A DNA stretch of 64,000 nucleotides from a bacterium. Its GTDB lineage: Bacteria > Electryoneota > Electryoneia > Electryoneales > Electryoneaceae. The stretch covers positions 1 to 64,000 of the forward strand of contig JAZDLX010000179.1 in NCBI GenBank assembly GCA_043801585.1, given 5' to 3'. A model generated the notes under the pieces. It had not been told where the DNA came from. It was given only the letters and a program-made list of their open reading frames with translations, and searched no databases. Below are positions 48,662-58,608 of the stretch, in pieces; within the stretch, counting starts at the first letter, position 1; the number at the start of each line of letters is the position of its first letter. The translations under genes were made by a program, and so were the position numbers.

Positions 48662-48697
48662 CAAGGGACAGTCCCCGAGTGGAGGGGACTGTCGTTG
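48662..48697. repeat. Short GACAG-core inverted repeat
   Basis: GACAGTCCCC-N7-GGGGACTGTC. Confidence 0.6.
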
Positions 48698-48744
48698 CGG
48701 GAGACCGTATCAGGCTGCTTCTGAATACGCGGTGGTTTCACCGC

Positions 48745-49725
48745 TCAACCGGGGAGGTGACCCTGTGCTTCGCGGATCGTCTGCCCACGCTGGGCGAGAA
48801 GATCGTCGATCGTTCCAAGATCTTCCGCTTCAATCTCCCATCCGGCCGAACCGGCGATTTCCTCAACCTGGGAGGGACGCCGTGCGCCGACGATGGCGCT
48901 GGTCAGCTCGGGATTGCGAAGGGTCCACGCCACGGAAAGCTGGGCGACGGTTTTCCCGTATTTCTCAGCGATCGGTTTCAGTTTTTCGACGAAACCGAGA
49001 TTGATCGTCAGGTTGGGCTCATTGAACTCCGGCGACTTGCGGCGCCAATCATCATCGGCGATGCGGTTGATGTCGAACGTTCCGGTAAGCAGACCCGACT
49101 GCATCGGGCTGTAGGCGAGGATGCCGGTTCCGTGTTCCGCGCACCACGGCATCTGGCTCGTCTCAATCCCGCGGCGGAACATCGAATAGGGTGGCTGGAG
49201 GCTGGCGATTGGGTGAATCGCCTGCGCCCGCACCAGGTGGCTGACGAGAAAATTGGAGACGCCGCCATAACGGACTTTGCCCTCCTCGATCAAACAGGCA
49301 ATCTCCGCCCACCCCTCCTCAATGCGTACATCGTCATTGGGCCAGTGGATCTGATAAAGGTCAATCACATCGGTGTTCAGGCGGCGAAGGCTGGCCTCGG
49401 CCTCTTTGCGGATGGATTCCCGTTCCAGGACGGTTGTCACATTCCCGCTGTCGTCCCAGACCTGGGAGCATTTTGTGGCGATGATGACTTCGTTGCGCAT
49501 GTCCTTGACAGCTTTCGCCACGATTTCTTCAGAGTGGCCAAGACCGTAGACAGCAGCGGTATCGATCCAGTTGATTCCGAGTTCGAGGGCGCGGTGGATG
49601 GCGGCGATGGACTCGTTGTCATCCTGAGAACCCCACCCAAAAAGCCAGGAACCGCCTATCGCCCAAGCGCCAAATCCAATCTCGGTCAGATGCAGGTCGG
49701 TGTTGCCGAGTTGACGGGTGTTCAT
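48745..49725 (-). CDS. Aldo/keto reductase
   Basis: IGFGAWAIGG, DTAAVYG, ATKC, IDLYQIHWP, YSPMQSGLL. Confidence 0.92.
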   Translation of the reverse strand: MNTRQLGNTDLHLTEIGFGAWAIGGSWLFGWGSQDDNESIAAIHRALELGINWIDTAAVYGLGHSEEIVAKAVKDMRNEVIIATKCSQVWDDSGNVTTVLERESIRKEAEASLRRLNTDVIDLYQIHWPNDDVRIEEGWAEIACLIEEGKVRYGGVSNFLVSHLVRAQAIHPIASLQPPYSMFRRGIETSQMPWCAEHGTGILAYSPMQSGLLTGTFDINRIADDDWRRKSPEFNEPNLTINLGFVEKLKPIAEKYGKTVAQLSVAWTLRNPELTSAIVGARRPSQVEEIAGSAGWEIEAEDLGTIDDLLAQRGQTIREAQGHLPG

Positions 49726-49997
49726 CGTAAGCAGCCCTCCGGTTGACATCTGTTTTGAACAGTTATGGTAACACGATGTGCCGCAGTAATGTGATGCAAA
49801 CTATGTCCGATTGTTATCGGCAGCAACGATCTCTTGCCTCCTCCCGGAGGGGAGAAGGGGATTTGGAAATCGAGATGTTGCAGTGGTATCATTCGCCTCG
49901 CATGCGATAGAACCCCATGATGGGTGTCTGTTGCATAAGTGCAACGAATTCAATGATCGGCCGGCGTGTGTCGGCGGTGTGCAGTCAGGAGGGTAGT

Positions 49998-50162
49998 ATG
50001 GCGTCCCAGGTGCGGGAAAAGATTCGCCTGGTCTCCACGGCCGGTACCGGCCATTTTTACACCACGTTTAAAAACAAGCGCAATAACACGGGAAAGATCG
50101 AGATGAAGAAGTACGACCCCGTCGTTCGCAAGCATGTGGTGTACAAGGAGCATAAAATCTGA
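49998..50162 (+). CDS. rpmG: 50S ribosomal protein L33
   Basis: [23 protein letters not shown]...[19 protein letters not shown]. Confidence 0.95.
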   Translation: MASQVREKIRLVSTAGTGHFYTTFKNKRNNTGKIEMKKYDPVVRKHVVYKEHKI

Positions 50163-50223
50163 TAAAGCTGTTCCGGCGCCTCAGCGCCGGGGCACGGAGA
50201 CCCTCGAAGGTCTCCCAAGTCAG

Positions 50224-50260
50224 CGCGTCGATCCCGGTCAGCCGGGGACGGCGCGTTTTT
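50224..50260 (+). terminator. Intrinsic terminator after rpmG
   Basis: GC-rich stem CGCGTCG..CCCGG / CCGGG..CGGCGCG plus T5, preceded by two further hairpins. Confidence 0.7.
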
Positions 50261-50390
50261 CGTTCTCGTCGAGAGATCCCATTCCCCGAAACATCCCTGA
50301 TCCTGTGACATCAAAGAAGTGAACGAATCAGATGCTCCAGAGAGCCCCTGCGTTCAACAGCCCCTGAAACAAGACTAAGGAATACCAACC

Positions 50391-50798
50391 ATGGAAAATA
50401 TCGGCGGATATGCGAACCGGATAGAAACTCAACTGTCCCACGAAGATGCCGTCACGAAAGTCACGGAGTTTCTTTCCGAAGAAGGCTTTGGAGTTCTGAC
50501 GGAGATCGACGTCAGGGCGACGTTGAAGAAAAAACTCGATGTGGACTACAAACCCTTCAAGATTCTCGGTGCGTGCAACCCTCCCTTCGCCCACAAGGCG
50601 CTTGAAGCGGAAAACCTGGTAAGTGTCCTGCTCCCCTGCAACGTCGTCGTGATCGATGAGGGGGATTACCGAGTCATCGCAGCGATGGACCCCCATGTGA
50701 TGTTGAAGATGATTGATAAACCGGAAATGGTCGAATTGGCTCACGAGACAGGTGAGAAACTCGCACGGGTGCTTGCTCGAGTGGAGGTTGGGGATTGA
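50391..50798 (+). CDS. DUF302 family protein
   Basis: GFGVLTEIDV, ILGACNP, LLPCNVVV. Confidence 0.88.
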   Translation: MENIGGYANRIETQLSHEDAVTKVTEFLSEEGFGVLTEIDVRATLKKKLDVDYKPFKILGACNPPFAHKALEAENLVSVLLPCNVVVIDEGDYRVIAAMDPHVMLKMIDKPEMVELAHETGEKLARVLARVEVGD

Positions 50799-50897
50799 TC
50801 CAGCCCCGATAACAGGTGAACGTCCTTCTCGTGGAATCGAAAAGGGTGTTTTCTCGAATGTGTAATAGCGCCAATCAGAGTTTCACCACAACCACGA

Positions 50898-51893
50898 TTA
50901 CTTGCCGAAGCCGAGTATCCCCTCGGATCGTACCCAGTAAATATCCCCTCTTCCGTTGCCGTAGCTGCGGAGTCTCTTTTTCAACTCCGCAAGGGATGAT
51001 GGCGGAGTCGAATTGCCCGTGTCTGCGAAACGCTGGCTGGTGAAGAAGATGTATTTTCCATCGGGAGTCAGCGAAGGACAGTAATCCAGAGCTTCTGAGT
51101 TTATCGGTTTCGGCAACATGACAGCTTCGGTCCAAATTCCATTTTCATTGCGATGAGTGATATACATGTCGCCGCCGCCAATTTCACCTGCTCGTCGTGC
51201 GGAAGAGAAAATGACGGTAGAGCCGTCCGCAGTGATCATCGCGTTGAACTCGAAACCCGCGCCATTGACCGATGGACCAAGGTTGGCCGGTTGATCGTAT
51301 CCGCTGTCGGTAGAATGGGCAAGGTAGATATCCTCCGAGCCGAAGCCTTCCGGTCGGCTTGCGGTGAACAGGATGTCCCCGGATTCAGTGATCGATGGGT
51401 AAAATTCATCGTGTTCCGTGTTAATGGGCGAGCCCGGATTAACCGGTTCCCCCCACGTTCCATCCGGCAACCGATCTGCGTACCAGAGGTCATAATCCTT
51501 TGCCTCTCCATCTTTTTCAAGGGGACGTTGAGAGGCAAACCACAGGCGCGATCCAGTAGACGCAAATGCCGGTTCAATCGTGCTGTACTCACGGGAGAAT
51601 TCGGGGATTTCCGGTTCTGTCCAGCGACCGTTTTTTATCTCCGAGACGACAATCGTGCCACGCCCCAGTTCATAGATGCTGTGAACGAAAAGTGTGCCAT
51701 CGGGCGACCAGGCAGCGTCACGTTCGTTCAACGAGGTACTGATGATTCCCGGGGCGAAGATGACCGGCGTGCTGTCCGGCGGAGTCTGTCCGAAATAATC
51801 TCCACGAGGCGAAATCCAGCGATCCCCGGATTGACAACCTGTCAGCAGCAACAACACGGCGGGCACAAGAAACCAACGGCGAGAAAAATGCAT
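50898..51893 (-). CDS. PD40/TolB-like beta-propeller lipoprotein
   Basis: Lipobox LTG-C; GQTPP...FAPGIIS; repeated P..SPDG / F.S.R / NLG.PIN units. Confidence 0.8.
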   Translation of the reverse strand: MHFSRRWFLVPAVLLLLTGCQSGDRWISPRGDYFGQTPPDSTPVIFAPGIISTSLNERDAAWSPDGTLFVHSIYELGRGTIVVSEIKNGRWTEPEIPEFSREYSTIEPAFASTGSRLWFASQRPLEKDGEAKDYDLWYADRLPDGTWGEPVNPGSPINTEHDEFYPSITESGDILFTASRPEGFGSEDIYLAHSTDSGYDQPANLGPSVNGAGFEFNAMITADGSTVIFSSARRAGEIGGGDMYITHRNENGIWTEAVMLPKPINSEALDYCPSLTPDGKYIFFTSQRFADTGNSTPPSSLAELKKRLRSYGNGRGDIYWVRSEGILGFGK

Positions 51894-52087
51894 GAGGTGC
51901 ATCCTCGTGATGTCCAGCGGCTCAAAAGAAATATGGGTTGAGGAAACGCGCGGTGAAAGAGAGAGTCCAAGCCTACCTCTTGCTGTGCAACTTTCATCTG
52001 CTCAAAAGAGGTGAAAGGCAGATTCATGAAAAGAAATACCCCGCTGAGCGGGGGATCATCATTATCCAATGACTGGCTACCAATCCA

Positions 52088-53359
52088 TCAAACCGCGAAG
52101 ATCGTACGCAGCAGGATGAAGATGATCATCGTGAGGCCAGCGGCGATGGGCAGGGTGAGCAGCCAGGAGAAGATGATCGACCGAATCACCCGCAAATTCA
52201 GAGCATCAAATCCCTGCGCCAGTCCCACACCGAGTACAGCTCCGACCAGCGTGTGAGTGGTGGAAATCGGCAATCCCATCTTGCTCGCGACCAACACGAC
52301 GGACGCCGCGGAGAATTCAGCCGAAAAACCACGCGAAGGGGTGATCTCGGTGATGTTTTTTCCAACGGTCCGCATCACCCGGTATCCGTAAATCCCAAGC
52401 CCCATTACAATACCAGTACCACCCATTATCAGAATCCAGAAAGGTACTTCCACCTTCAACGCGACAATGCCGCTCGAGATTGTCTGGATGACCGCCGCCA
52501 TCGGACCAACGGCATTCGCCACGTCATTCGATCCATGCGCGAAAGCAACGTAACAGGCGGTTAACAGCTGAAGCAGCATGAAGACGCTTTCAACCTGTTT
52601 CGGGTTTTGCAGTTTTCCAGCCCTTCGGCGAACGATGAACGTCAGGATGCCGTATCCGATCGCAGCGGCGATCAGGGAAATGACAACCATCTTAGCATTC
52701 GATGGGTGGAGCTTGAATCGGGCGAGTCCTTTCCAGATGGCGGAAATCACGATGATCCACACCGTGAATGCACCAAAGATAGGAGCCCAGAATTTTATCG
52801 CATTCGCCGGATTCTGGTTGGTCAGCACAGCTTTTCGAATCAAAATAAAAACCAGAAAGGCAAGGAGACCTCCTCCGATCGGGGAGATAATCCAGGAGAT
52901 GACGATGAAGAACACGGTTTGCCAGTGCACGGCGGTGGAACCATAGACGAGCAGGCCAAAACCGATGATCGCGCCGACGATGGAATGGGTCGTCGACACC
53001 GGCATCCCGAAATACGTTGCACCGTGCAGCCAGAGTGCCGCCGCGAGCAATGCGGCGACCATGCCGAGGATCAGCAACATTGGTTCCTGTGCAAACAGGT
53101 CCGTGTTGACAATACCCTTGCGCACCGTGTCGGTGACCGTGCCCCCGGCGAGAACAGCGCCGGAGAGTTCAAAAATTCCCGCGATCAACACGGCCTGCTT
53201 GAATGAGACCGTGCCTGATCCGACGGATGTGGCCATGGCGTTGGCAACATCGTTTGCGCCAATGGTCCATGCCATATAGAGACCGAAGCCAACAGCCATC
53301 AGTCCGATGGCGACCATTGCCGGGTCGGTTGTGTGAAACCAGTGGAAGAAGACGTCCAT
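52088..53359 (-). CDS. Inorganic phosphate transporter (PiT family)
   Basis: GANDVANA and HGSNDVANA signatures; PVSTTH / PISTTH. Confidence 0.93.
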   Translation of the reverse strand: MDVFFHWFHTTDPAMVAIGLMAVGFGLYMAWTIGANDVANAMATSVGSGTVSFKQAVLIAGIFELSGAVLAGGTVTDTVRKGIVNTDLFAQEPMLLILGMVAALLAAALWLHGATYFGMPVSTTHSIVGAIIGFGLLVYGSTAVHWQTVFFIVISWIISPIGGGLLAFLVFILIRKAVLTNQNPANAIKFWAPIFGAFTVWIIVISAIWKGLARFKLHPSNAKMVVISLIAAAIGYGILTFIVRRRAGKLQNPKQVESVFMLLQLLTACYVAFAHGSNDVANAVGPMAAVIQTISSGIVALKVEVPFWILIMGGTGIVMGLGIYGYRVMRTVGKNITEITPSRGFSAEFSAASVVLVASKMGLPISTTHTLVGAVLGVGLAQGFDALNLRVIRSIIFSWLLTLPIAAGLTMIIFILLRTIFAV

Positions 53360-53372
53360 CACACCATCCGTG

Positions 53373-54065
53373 TTACTCGGCGATCATCAGGCGCAGGTAA
53401 TCGCTCATGCTCTCCGCGTGATTCGCCAGCTTTCCAAGTGCGCTGATGACCTGCATCGTCGTGTAGCTGTCGGCAAACGGTTGTTCCGATTCCGTGTGGG
53501 AAAGCAGGGAACGGATCAGGCGAAATTGATGCTTGTCGGCGTGATGCTCCAGGATGCCCACTTCCTTGGCCATTTCACGGAGCTCTTTTGCCACGGGGCC
53601 GCGAAAACCGGCTTCTTTTAATTCGTCCAGCCTGCGGGTCATCTCGGCGATTTTCTTCGCGGCGTTGATGGCATGGTCGGCGAGCGAAAGAAGCTCATCC
53701 CGACAGGAACCGCGTTCGCACTCCGCCGGCAGGTGAAGCTGCCGAACGCCGAGCATCATTGCCATGTCCTCGACCTTGTCGGCGAGTCCGTCCTGCTCGC
53801 GAAGGAACGCGAGGAAGTCCGCTCTGGATACGGGCAACAGAAGGTCACGGGGCAGGGTGTCACGAATGTGGAGTTTGATCTCGTCCGCTTCGTGTTCAAC
53901 GCGAAATACCGTTTCCGCCAGCTCCTTTACCTTGGCCCGGTCGCCGTTAAGAGCCGCTTCAAGAAGCGGCTTAACGTACTCGACACACTCCATTGCCTTG
54001 TCCAGATGTTGCTGCAACTGGACGAATGGCGAGGAACTGCCGAGCAACTTGGCCAGGATATTCAT
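53373..54065 (-). CDS. DUF47/TIGR00153 PhoU-like phosphate transport regulator
   Basis: SPF..LQQH, EHEAD, QD.LAD, EHHAD; directly upstream of pit. Confidence 0.88.
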   Translation of the reverse strand: MNILAKLLGSSSPFVQLQQHLDKAMECVEYVKPLLEAALNGDRAKVKELAETVFRVEHEADEIKLHIRDTLPRDLLLPVSRADFLAFLREQDGLADKVEDMAMMLGVRQLHLPAECERGSCRDELLSLADHAINAAKKIAEMTRRLDELKEAGFRGPVAKELREMAKEVGILEHHADKHQFRLIRSLLSHTESEQPFADSYTTMQVISALGKLANHAESMSDYLRLMIAE

Positions 54066-54180
54066 TCATACCTCCAGGTAAGTGCGAGCAAGGATACTCT
54101 CGCTTCGTTAGAATCGTGTTAAGCTATGGCGGTCGTCTGACTCCAGCAAAGCGGGTACATCAGAACCTCTCAACCCCGTT

Positions 54181-55386
54181 TCAGCCATGTTGACGGTAGC
54201 GCGATCCCATCCCCGTCGCAAAGCCGAGCATCATCATCATCGTAACCATGCTCGAACCGCCAAAGGAAACAAGAGGCAGGGGAAGTCCAGTCACCGGCAT
54301 GATCCCCGTTGTCATTCCCATATTGACGACCACCTGAAATGCCAAAATCGAGACCACACCGACAATAACAAGGCTGCTGAACGGGTTGGATACCTTTCGT
54401 GCAAGCCAGATAAGACGTACGATCAGGAGCCAGAACACAAAGAGCAGGACCATCGCACCGAAGAATCCAAACTCTTCGCCAATCACGCTGAAAATGAAAT
54501 CAGTGTGCTGTTCCGGGAGAAAGCCGCCCTGGGTTTGACTCCCCTGCAGGAATCCCTTGCCCCAGAAGTGACCGGAACCGATGGCGACCTTTGATTGAAT
54601 CAATTGGTATCCCGCGCCGAGCGGATCGGCTTCCGGATTCAGAAATGCTGTGAGACGCTGGCGCTGGTAAGGTTTCAGGTAGCTGACGAGTTTTGGTGTC
54701 AGTGCGCCGACCATCCCCACGGACGTTCCCCAGATCAGCCCTAATGTCAGTTTAATTCCGGAGAAATAGGCAAATAGAATCAACAGGCCGATCACCGCGA
54801 CCAGGGAGTAGGGATTGATGCTGGCGATCATCACCGCAAGCGGGCTGATGACGAGGACCATTGCGATCAGCGGTAATCCTCCCCAGAACGCCACCATTCC
54901 CGCCGCGAAGGGGATGACCACGCTCGTCCCAAGGTCCGGTTGAATGGCGATCAGGACGAATGGAAGACCGGTGATCAACGCCAGTGAAAGCAGGTTCTTC
55001 AGTTCATGAATGTCATTCCGCCGGTCGGCCATGAACCGCGCAACGGCGAGAATGGTTGCCAATTTTGCCAGTTCGCTCGGTTGCATATGGTATGCACCGA
55101 GGACCAGCCAGCGGCCCGTCGGTCCACTTCCGACAAACAGGACGAGCAACAGGAGCAGGAGGACAAGCGTGTAGAAGATATAGGCGAATGCGAAGGTCAG
55201 ACGGTCAGGAATCAATGCGGTCGCAATAAAAAGCACTACTCCGGTGGTGATGTACACCATCTGGCGGGTGAACAGGGTCGGGTCTGTGGATTGTGCCGCG
55301 CTGTACACGACGATCGCCCCGAACGCCACCAACAATGTGGAGAGCAGCGGAATCATCCACTCGATATTTCGCCGGCCTACTCTCAT
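54181..55386 (-). CDS. rodA: Rod shape-determining protein RodA
   Basis: QPSE, QPDLGT, LPEQHTDFIF, GEEFG, TGLPLPLVSFGGSS. Confidence 0.95.
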   Translation of the reverse strand: MRVGRRNIEWMIPLLSTLLVAFGAIVVYSAAQSTDPTLFTRQMVYITTGVVLFIATALIPDRLTFAFAYIFYTLVLLLLLLVLFVGSGPTGRWLVLGAYHMQPSELAKLATILAVARFMADRRNDIHELKNLLSLALITGLPFVLIAIQPDLGTSVVIPFAAGMVAFWGGLPLIAMVLVISPLAVMIASINPYSLVAVIGLLILFAYFSGIKLTLGLIWGTSVGMVGALTPKLVSYLKPYQRQRLTAFLNPEADPLGAGYQLIQSKVAIGSGHFWGKGFLQGSQTQGGFLPEQHTDFIFSVIGEEFGFFGAMVLLFVFWLLIVRLIWLARKVSNPFSSLVIVGVVSILAFQVVVNMGMTTGIMPVTGLPLPLVSFGGSSMVTMMMMLGFATGMGSRYRQHG

Positions 55387-57218
55387 TCGATGGGGCCCTC
55401 CTGCTGGCCAGTCTGACGTTGCCGTTGCAAGATCATCCAACGGTAGCGAAGCCACGTTTCTTCGTCGAACCCGAGATAGCGGCGAATCAGTTTGAAGGCT
55501 ATGGGTGCTGCTGCAGTGGCGCCGTGACGTCCGTGCTCGATGATCACCGCAACGGCGATTTCCGGTTCTTCGAAGGGAGCGAAGGCGATGAAGAGTGCAT
55601 GATCTGCGCCCTGCGGATTCTGTGCCGTTCCCGTCTTGCCGGCAACCCGCACCCGCGGGTCTTTCAACCAGTGCGCCGTGCCGCGAGCGGCTTCCACAAC
55701 CTGCAGCATGTCTTCCCGCACTTCCTGAAGCATGTCCGGATTGAAACCGGTTTCATGCCGTTCCGAGACCGGTGGAATCTGTTCGCTACCATCCGGGCGG
55801 CGGATTGTTCTGACGAGGTGCGGGGTGATCCACCATCCACGGTTGGCGATTGCGGCGGTGTACACTGCCGCCTGGAGCGGTGTGATCAGGACGTCCCCCT
55901 GCCCGATCGCCACGTTGAACAGGTGTCCGCTCGTCCAGCGGCCTTCGCCGTATTTCCTGTTCATGTAACGGCGGCTTGGCAGCAACCCCTCGTTTTCATG
56001 GGGCAGGTCGATTCCGGTTCTCTTGCCGAATCCAAAACGTTGGATCTGGTCGTGGAATTTGTCCATTCCAAGGCGGAGACCGAGGAGATAATAGAAAACG
56101 TCGCAGGACTCGCTGATCGATTTTCGATGTTCGACCTCACCGTGCCCGCCGCGATTCCAGCAGCGGAACCATCGCTTGCCGAGCTGATACCCGCCGACGC
56201 AGGTGATCTTGAAGTTCTCGTCGATGGTTTCGCTGGCCAGCGCGGCGACAAGCACCGCAGGTTTGAAAATGGAGCCCGGAGGGTAGACACCCTGCACGGC
56301 GCGGTTCAGCAGTGGAGTTTGCGGATCATCCTGCAGGTTGCGCCATTCATCGGGAGTCAACAATCCCGCGAAGGTTTCCGGAGGATAGTCCGGCTTGCTT
56401 GCAATGACCAGCACCTCGCCGGTTTTCGGCTGGATGCAGACCACAGCACCCGACTGTTCTCCAAGCAGTTCCTCGGCGTACTGTTGCAGATCGAGATCGA
56501 TGGTCAGAATCAGGTCACTCCCCGGTTCCGCAGGAATCGGGTCAACACCTTCGAGGGGGCCGATCGCCCGGCCGAGGGCGTCCACCTCAACGTACTCGTA
56601 GCCGGTGCGGCCGATGAGCTCACCGTTCCAGCGCTCCTCGAGACCGGAAAGGCCGACGATGTCTCCGGGTTGCAGATCCGGGTACCGGTCCTTTTGATCC
56701 TCTTTCATTTCTCCGATGTGGCCAAGGGTCTGCGGAGCGACCGCGACAGGATAGGCGCGCTTCGTTTCCACCCGAAACATGATTCCAGGCAGGTGGGCGC
56801 GTCGTTCCTCGAGCGAGGCAAGCATCGGAAAATCGAGATCTCGCAGGATGCGCACGGGGGTGTAGCGGTTGCCGGAAATCTTGTGCAGTCGCTTGTCAAA
56901 TTCCTCGTCATCGAGATCGATCAGCTTGAGCAGGCTGTCCCGCATAACAGGATTCCGGTCAATCATTTCAGGAATGGCAAGCAACGTGTAGGATGGAAAA
57001 TTGTCCACCAGCAAATCGCCGTTACGGTCGTACATCAAGCCGCGCAACGGCGGTTTTTCGATGACACGCACGCGATTTGTCTGGCTCTGGCGAAGATAGA
57101 TCTCTGATTGTACAAGCTGAAGCCGGGCGAGACGCAGAGCCAGCACGACCATGAGGGCTGAAAAGAGGACGCCCATGGCGAGCAGTCTTGAAGGGTCGAA
57201 GCGACGGGCGAGGTTCAT
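55383..57218 (-). CDS. mrdA: Penicillin-binding protein 2
   Basis: YPPGSIFK (SxxK), SCD, GKTGT; operon context. Confidence 0.95.
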   Translation of the reverse strand: MNLARRFDPSRLLAMGVLFSALMVVLALRLARLQLVQSEIYLRQSQTNRVRVIEKPPLRGLMYDRNGDLLVDNFPSYTLLAIPEMIDRNPVMRDSLLKLIDLDDEEFDKRLHKISGNRYTPVRILRDLDFPMLASLEERRAHLPGIMFRVETKRAYPVAVAPQTLGHIGEMKEDQKDRYPDLQPGDIVGLSGLEERWNGELIGRTGYEYVEVDALGRAIGPLEGVDPIPAEPGSDLILTIDLDLQQYAEELLGEQSGAVVCIQPKTGEVLVIASKPDYPPETFAGLLTPDEWRNLQDDPQTPLLNRAVQGVYPPGSIFKPAVLVAALASETIDENFKITCVGGYQLGKRWFRCWNRGGHGEVEHRKSISESCDVFYYLLGLRLGMDKFHDQIQRFGFGKRTGIDLPHENEGLLPSRRYMNRKYGEGRWTSGHLFNVAIGQGDVLITPLQAAVYTAAIANRGWWITPHLVRTIRRPDGSEQIPPVSERHETGFNPDMLQEVREDMLQVVEAARGTAHWLKDPRVRVAGKTGTAQNPQGADHALFIAFAPFEEPEIAVAVIIEHGRHGATAAAPIAFKLIRRYLGFDEETWLRYRWMILQRQRQTGQQEGPIE

Positions 57219-57222
57219 CCGT

Positions 57223-57714
57223 TTATCCCTCCAGCCTCATCCCGCCTCGCCGTTCATAGAGCGGGCTGATCCCCCAGAGCATCCCGACCAGCCAGGTGTA
57301 ACCGGCGGTGGGAAGTGCCTGGCGAAGAAGCATGACACTGAAGGGAGGGGCGTCGCCGAGTGTATACACGTAAGTAAAAATGATACAGTTGAAAAGCACT
57401 CCAACGGCACTGGCGAAAGCCCACCGACCGAGCGGCAGTGCGACGTCCCAGTAAAAAACTTTTCCGGAAAGAAATCCGACCAGACTGTATGTCATGCTTG
57501 AGAGTCCCAGAAAACCCGTGGAAAGTGCATCCAGGATCAGGCCGGTGACGAACCCGGTGATCACCCCCATGTAGGAACCTCGCCGAGTGCCGATGAAGAT
57601 CACTACCAGCAACGGCAACTGAGGTGTGATCGAGGAGAGAGCGAGGTAGGGGATCAGCGACACCTGCAGGATAATGGCGACGACTCCCGCGATGATCAGG
57701 GTTTGCAGCTTCAT
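57223..57714 (-). CDS. mreD: Rod shape-determining protein MreD
   Basis: Hydrophobic, GFVTGLILD; located between mreC and mrdA. Confidence 0.88.
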   Translation of the reverse strand: MKLQTLIIAGVVAIILQVSLIPYLALSSITPQLPLLVVIFIGTRRGSYMGVITGFVTGLILDALSTGFLGLSSMTYSLVGFLSGKVFYWDVALPLGRWAFASAVGVLFNCIIFTYVYTLGDAPPFSVMLLRQALPTAGYTWLVGMLWGISPLYERRGGMRLEG

Positions 57715-58514
57715 CGCTTCCCTCCCCCGGCGTTGGCCACCGGGAGCAGCACAAACACTTCCTCGAGGCGGGAGTACTCCACATAGGGTTCGACGATCAC
57801 CTTCAGGAACAGACCCTCGTTGCGCATGACCCGGATGACCACACCCACCGGGAGGCCGCCGGGGATGACGCCGCCGAGGCCGCTTGTCACCACGCGGTCT
57901 CCGACGCGAATGTCAAGGTTGCGTGGGACTTCGGTCATTTCCAGCATCCCACCGCCCGCCCAGCGGATGATGCCATCGACACGGCTTCTTTCCACCCGCG
58001 CGCTGGCGGCGAAATTCCTGTCCGTGGCGAGCAGCGCTACGCTCTGGGTTCGGTCGGCGCGATAGATAATTCCCGCGATCCCCTCCGCGGTTACAACAGC
58101 CTGGCCGGCTTTTACACTGTCACGCCGGCCCTTGTCCAGCAGCAGGCTGGAGAGGGTCAACAGGGGGTCGCGAGCGATCACTTCGCTGGCGAGGTAGGTA
58201 AACTCGGGGCGGTCGCGGAAACCGAGGAGTTTGCGCAGGCGGATGTTCTCGAGCATCGCGTCGCGCCAGTTGTCCTTCTCGTTGGTGAGCTCGATGATAT
58301 CCTGCCGCAGCCTTTTGTTATCGCTCCAGAGTTCAAGCGTTCTCGGGCCGATGGTGAGAGGCTCGCTGAGGAATGCAATCGCCTGGCTCATCCCCTGGCG
58401 ATACACCTCCGCAGCCGGATGTTCCGAGGAATTCATCAGGATCAGCGACAGGATAAGGGCGAAGGTAATGGCGACCCAATCCCGCCAGGCGGAGAGCAGG
58501 GCAAGCAGGTTCAT
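57711..58514 (-). CDS. mreC: Rod shape-determining protein MreC
   Basis: ENIRLRKLL, LDKG, VVTSGLGG..P.G.PVG, LEEVFV. Confidence 0.93.
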   Translation of the reverse strand: MNLLALLSAWRDWVAITFALILSLILMNSSEHPAAEVYRQGMSQAIAFLSEPLTIGPRTLELWSDNKRLRQDIIELTNEKDNWRDAMLENIRLRKLLGFRDRPEFTYLASEVIARDPLLTLSSLLLDKGRRDSVKAGQAVVTAEGIAGIIYRADRTQSVALLATDRNFAASARVERSRVDGIIRWAGGGMLEMTEVPRNLDIRVGDRVVTSGLGGVIPGGLPVGVVIRVMRNEGLFLKVIVEPYVEYSRLEEVFVLLPVANAGGGKR

Positions 58515-58608
58515 CGGTGTGAAAGCTCCGTAGCTCCAGTCCACGAGCCCATTGTCGCGCCCACGAGTCGAACGTTGGGGATCACACGAGGCTCCCGGGC
58601 GTGGGGCA

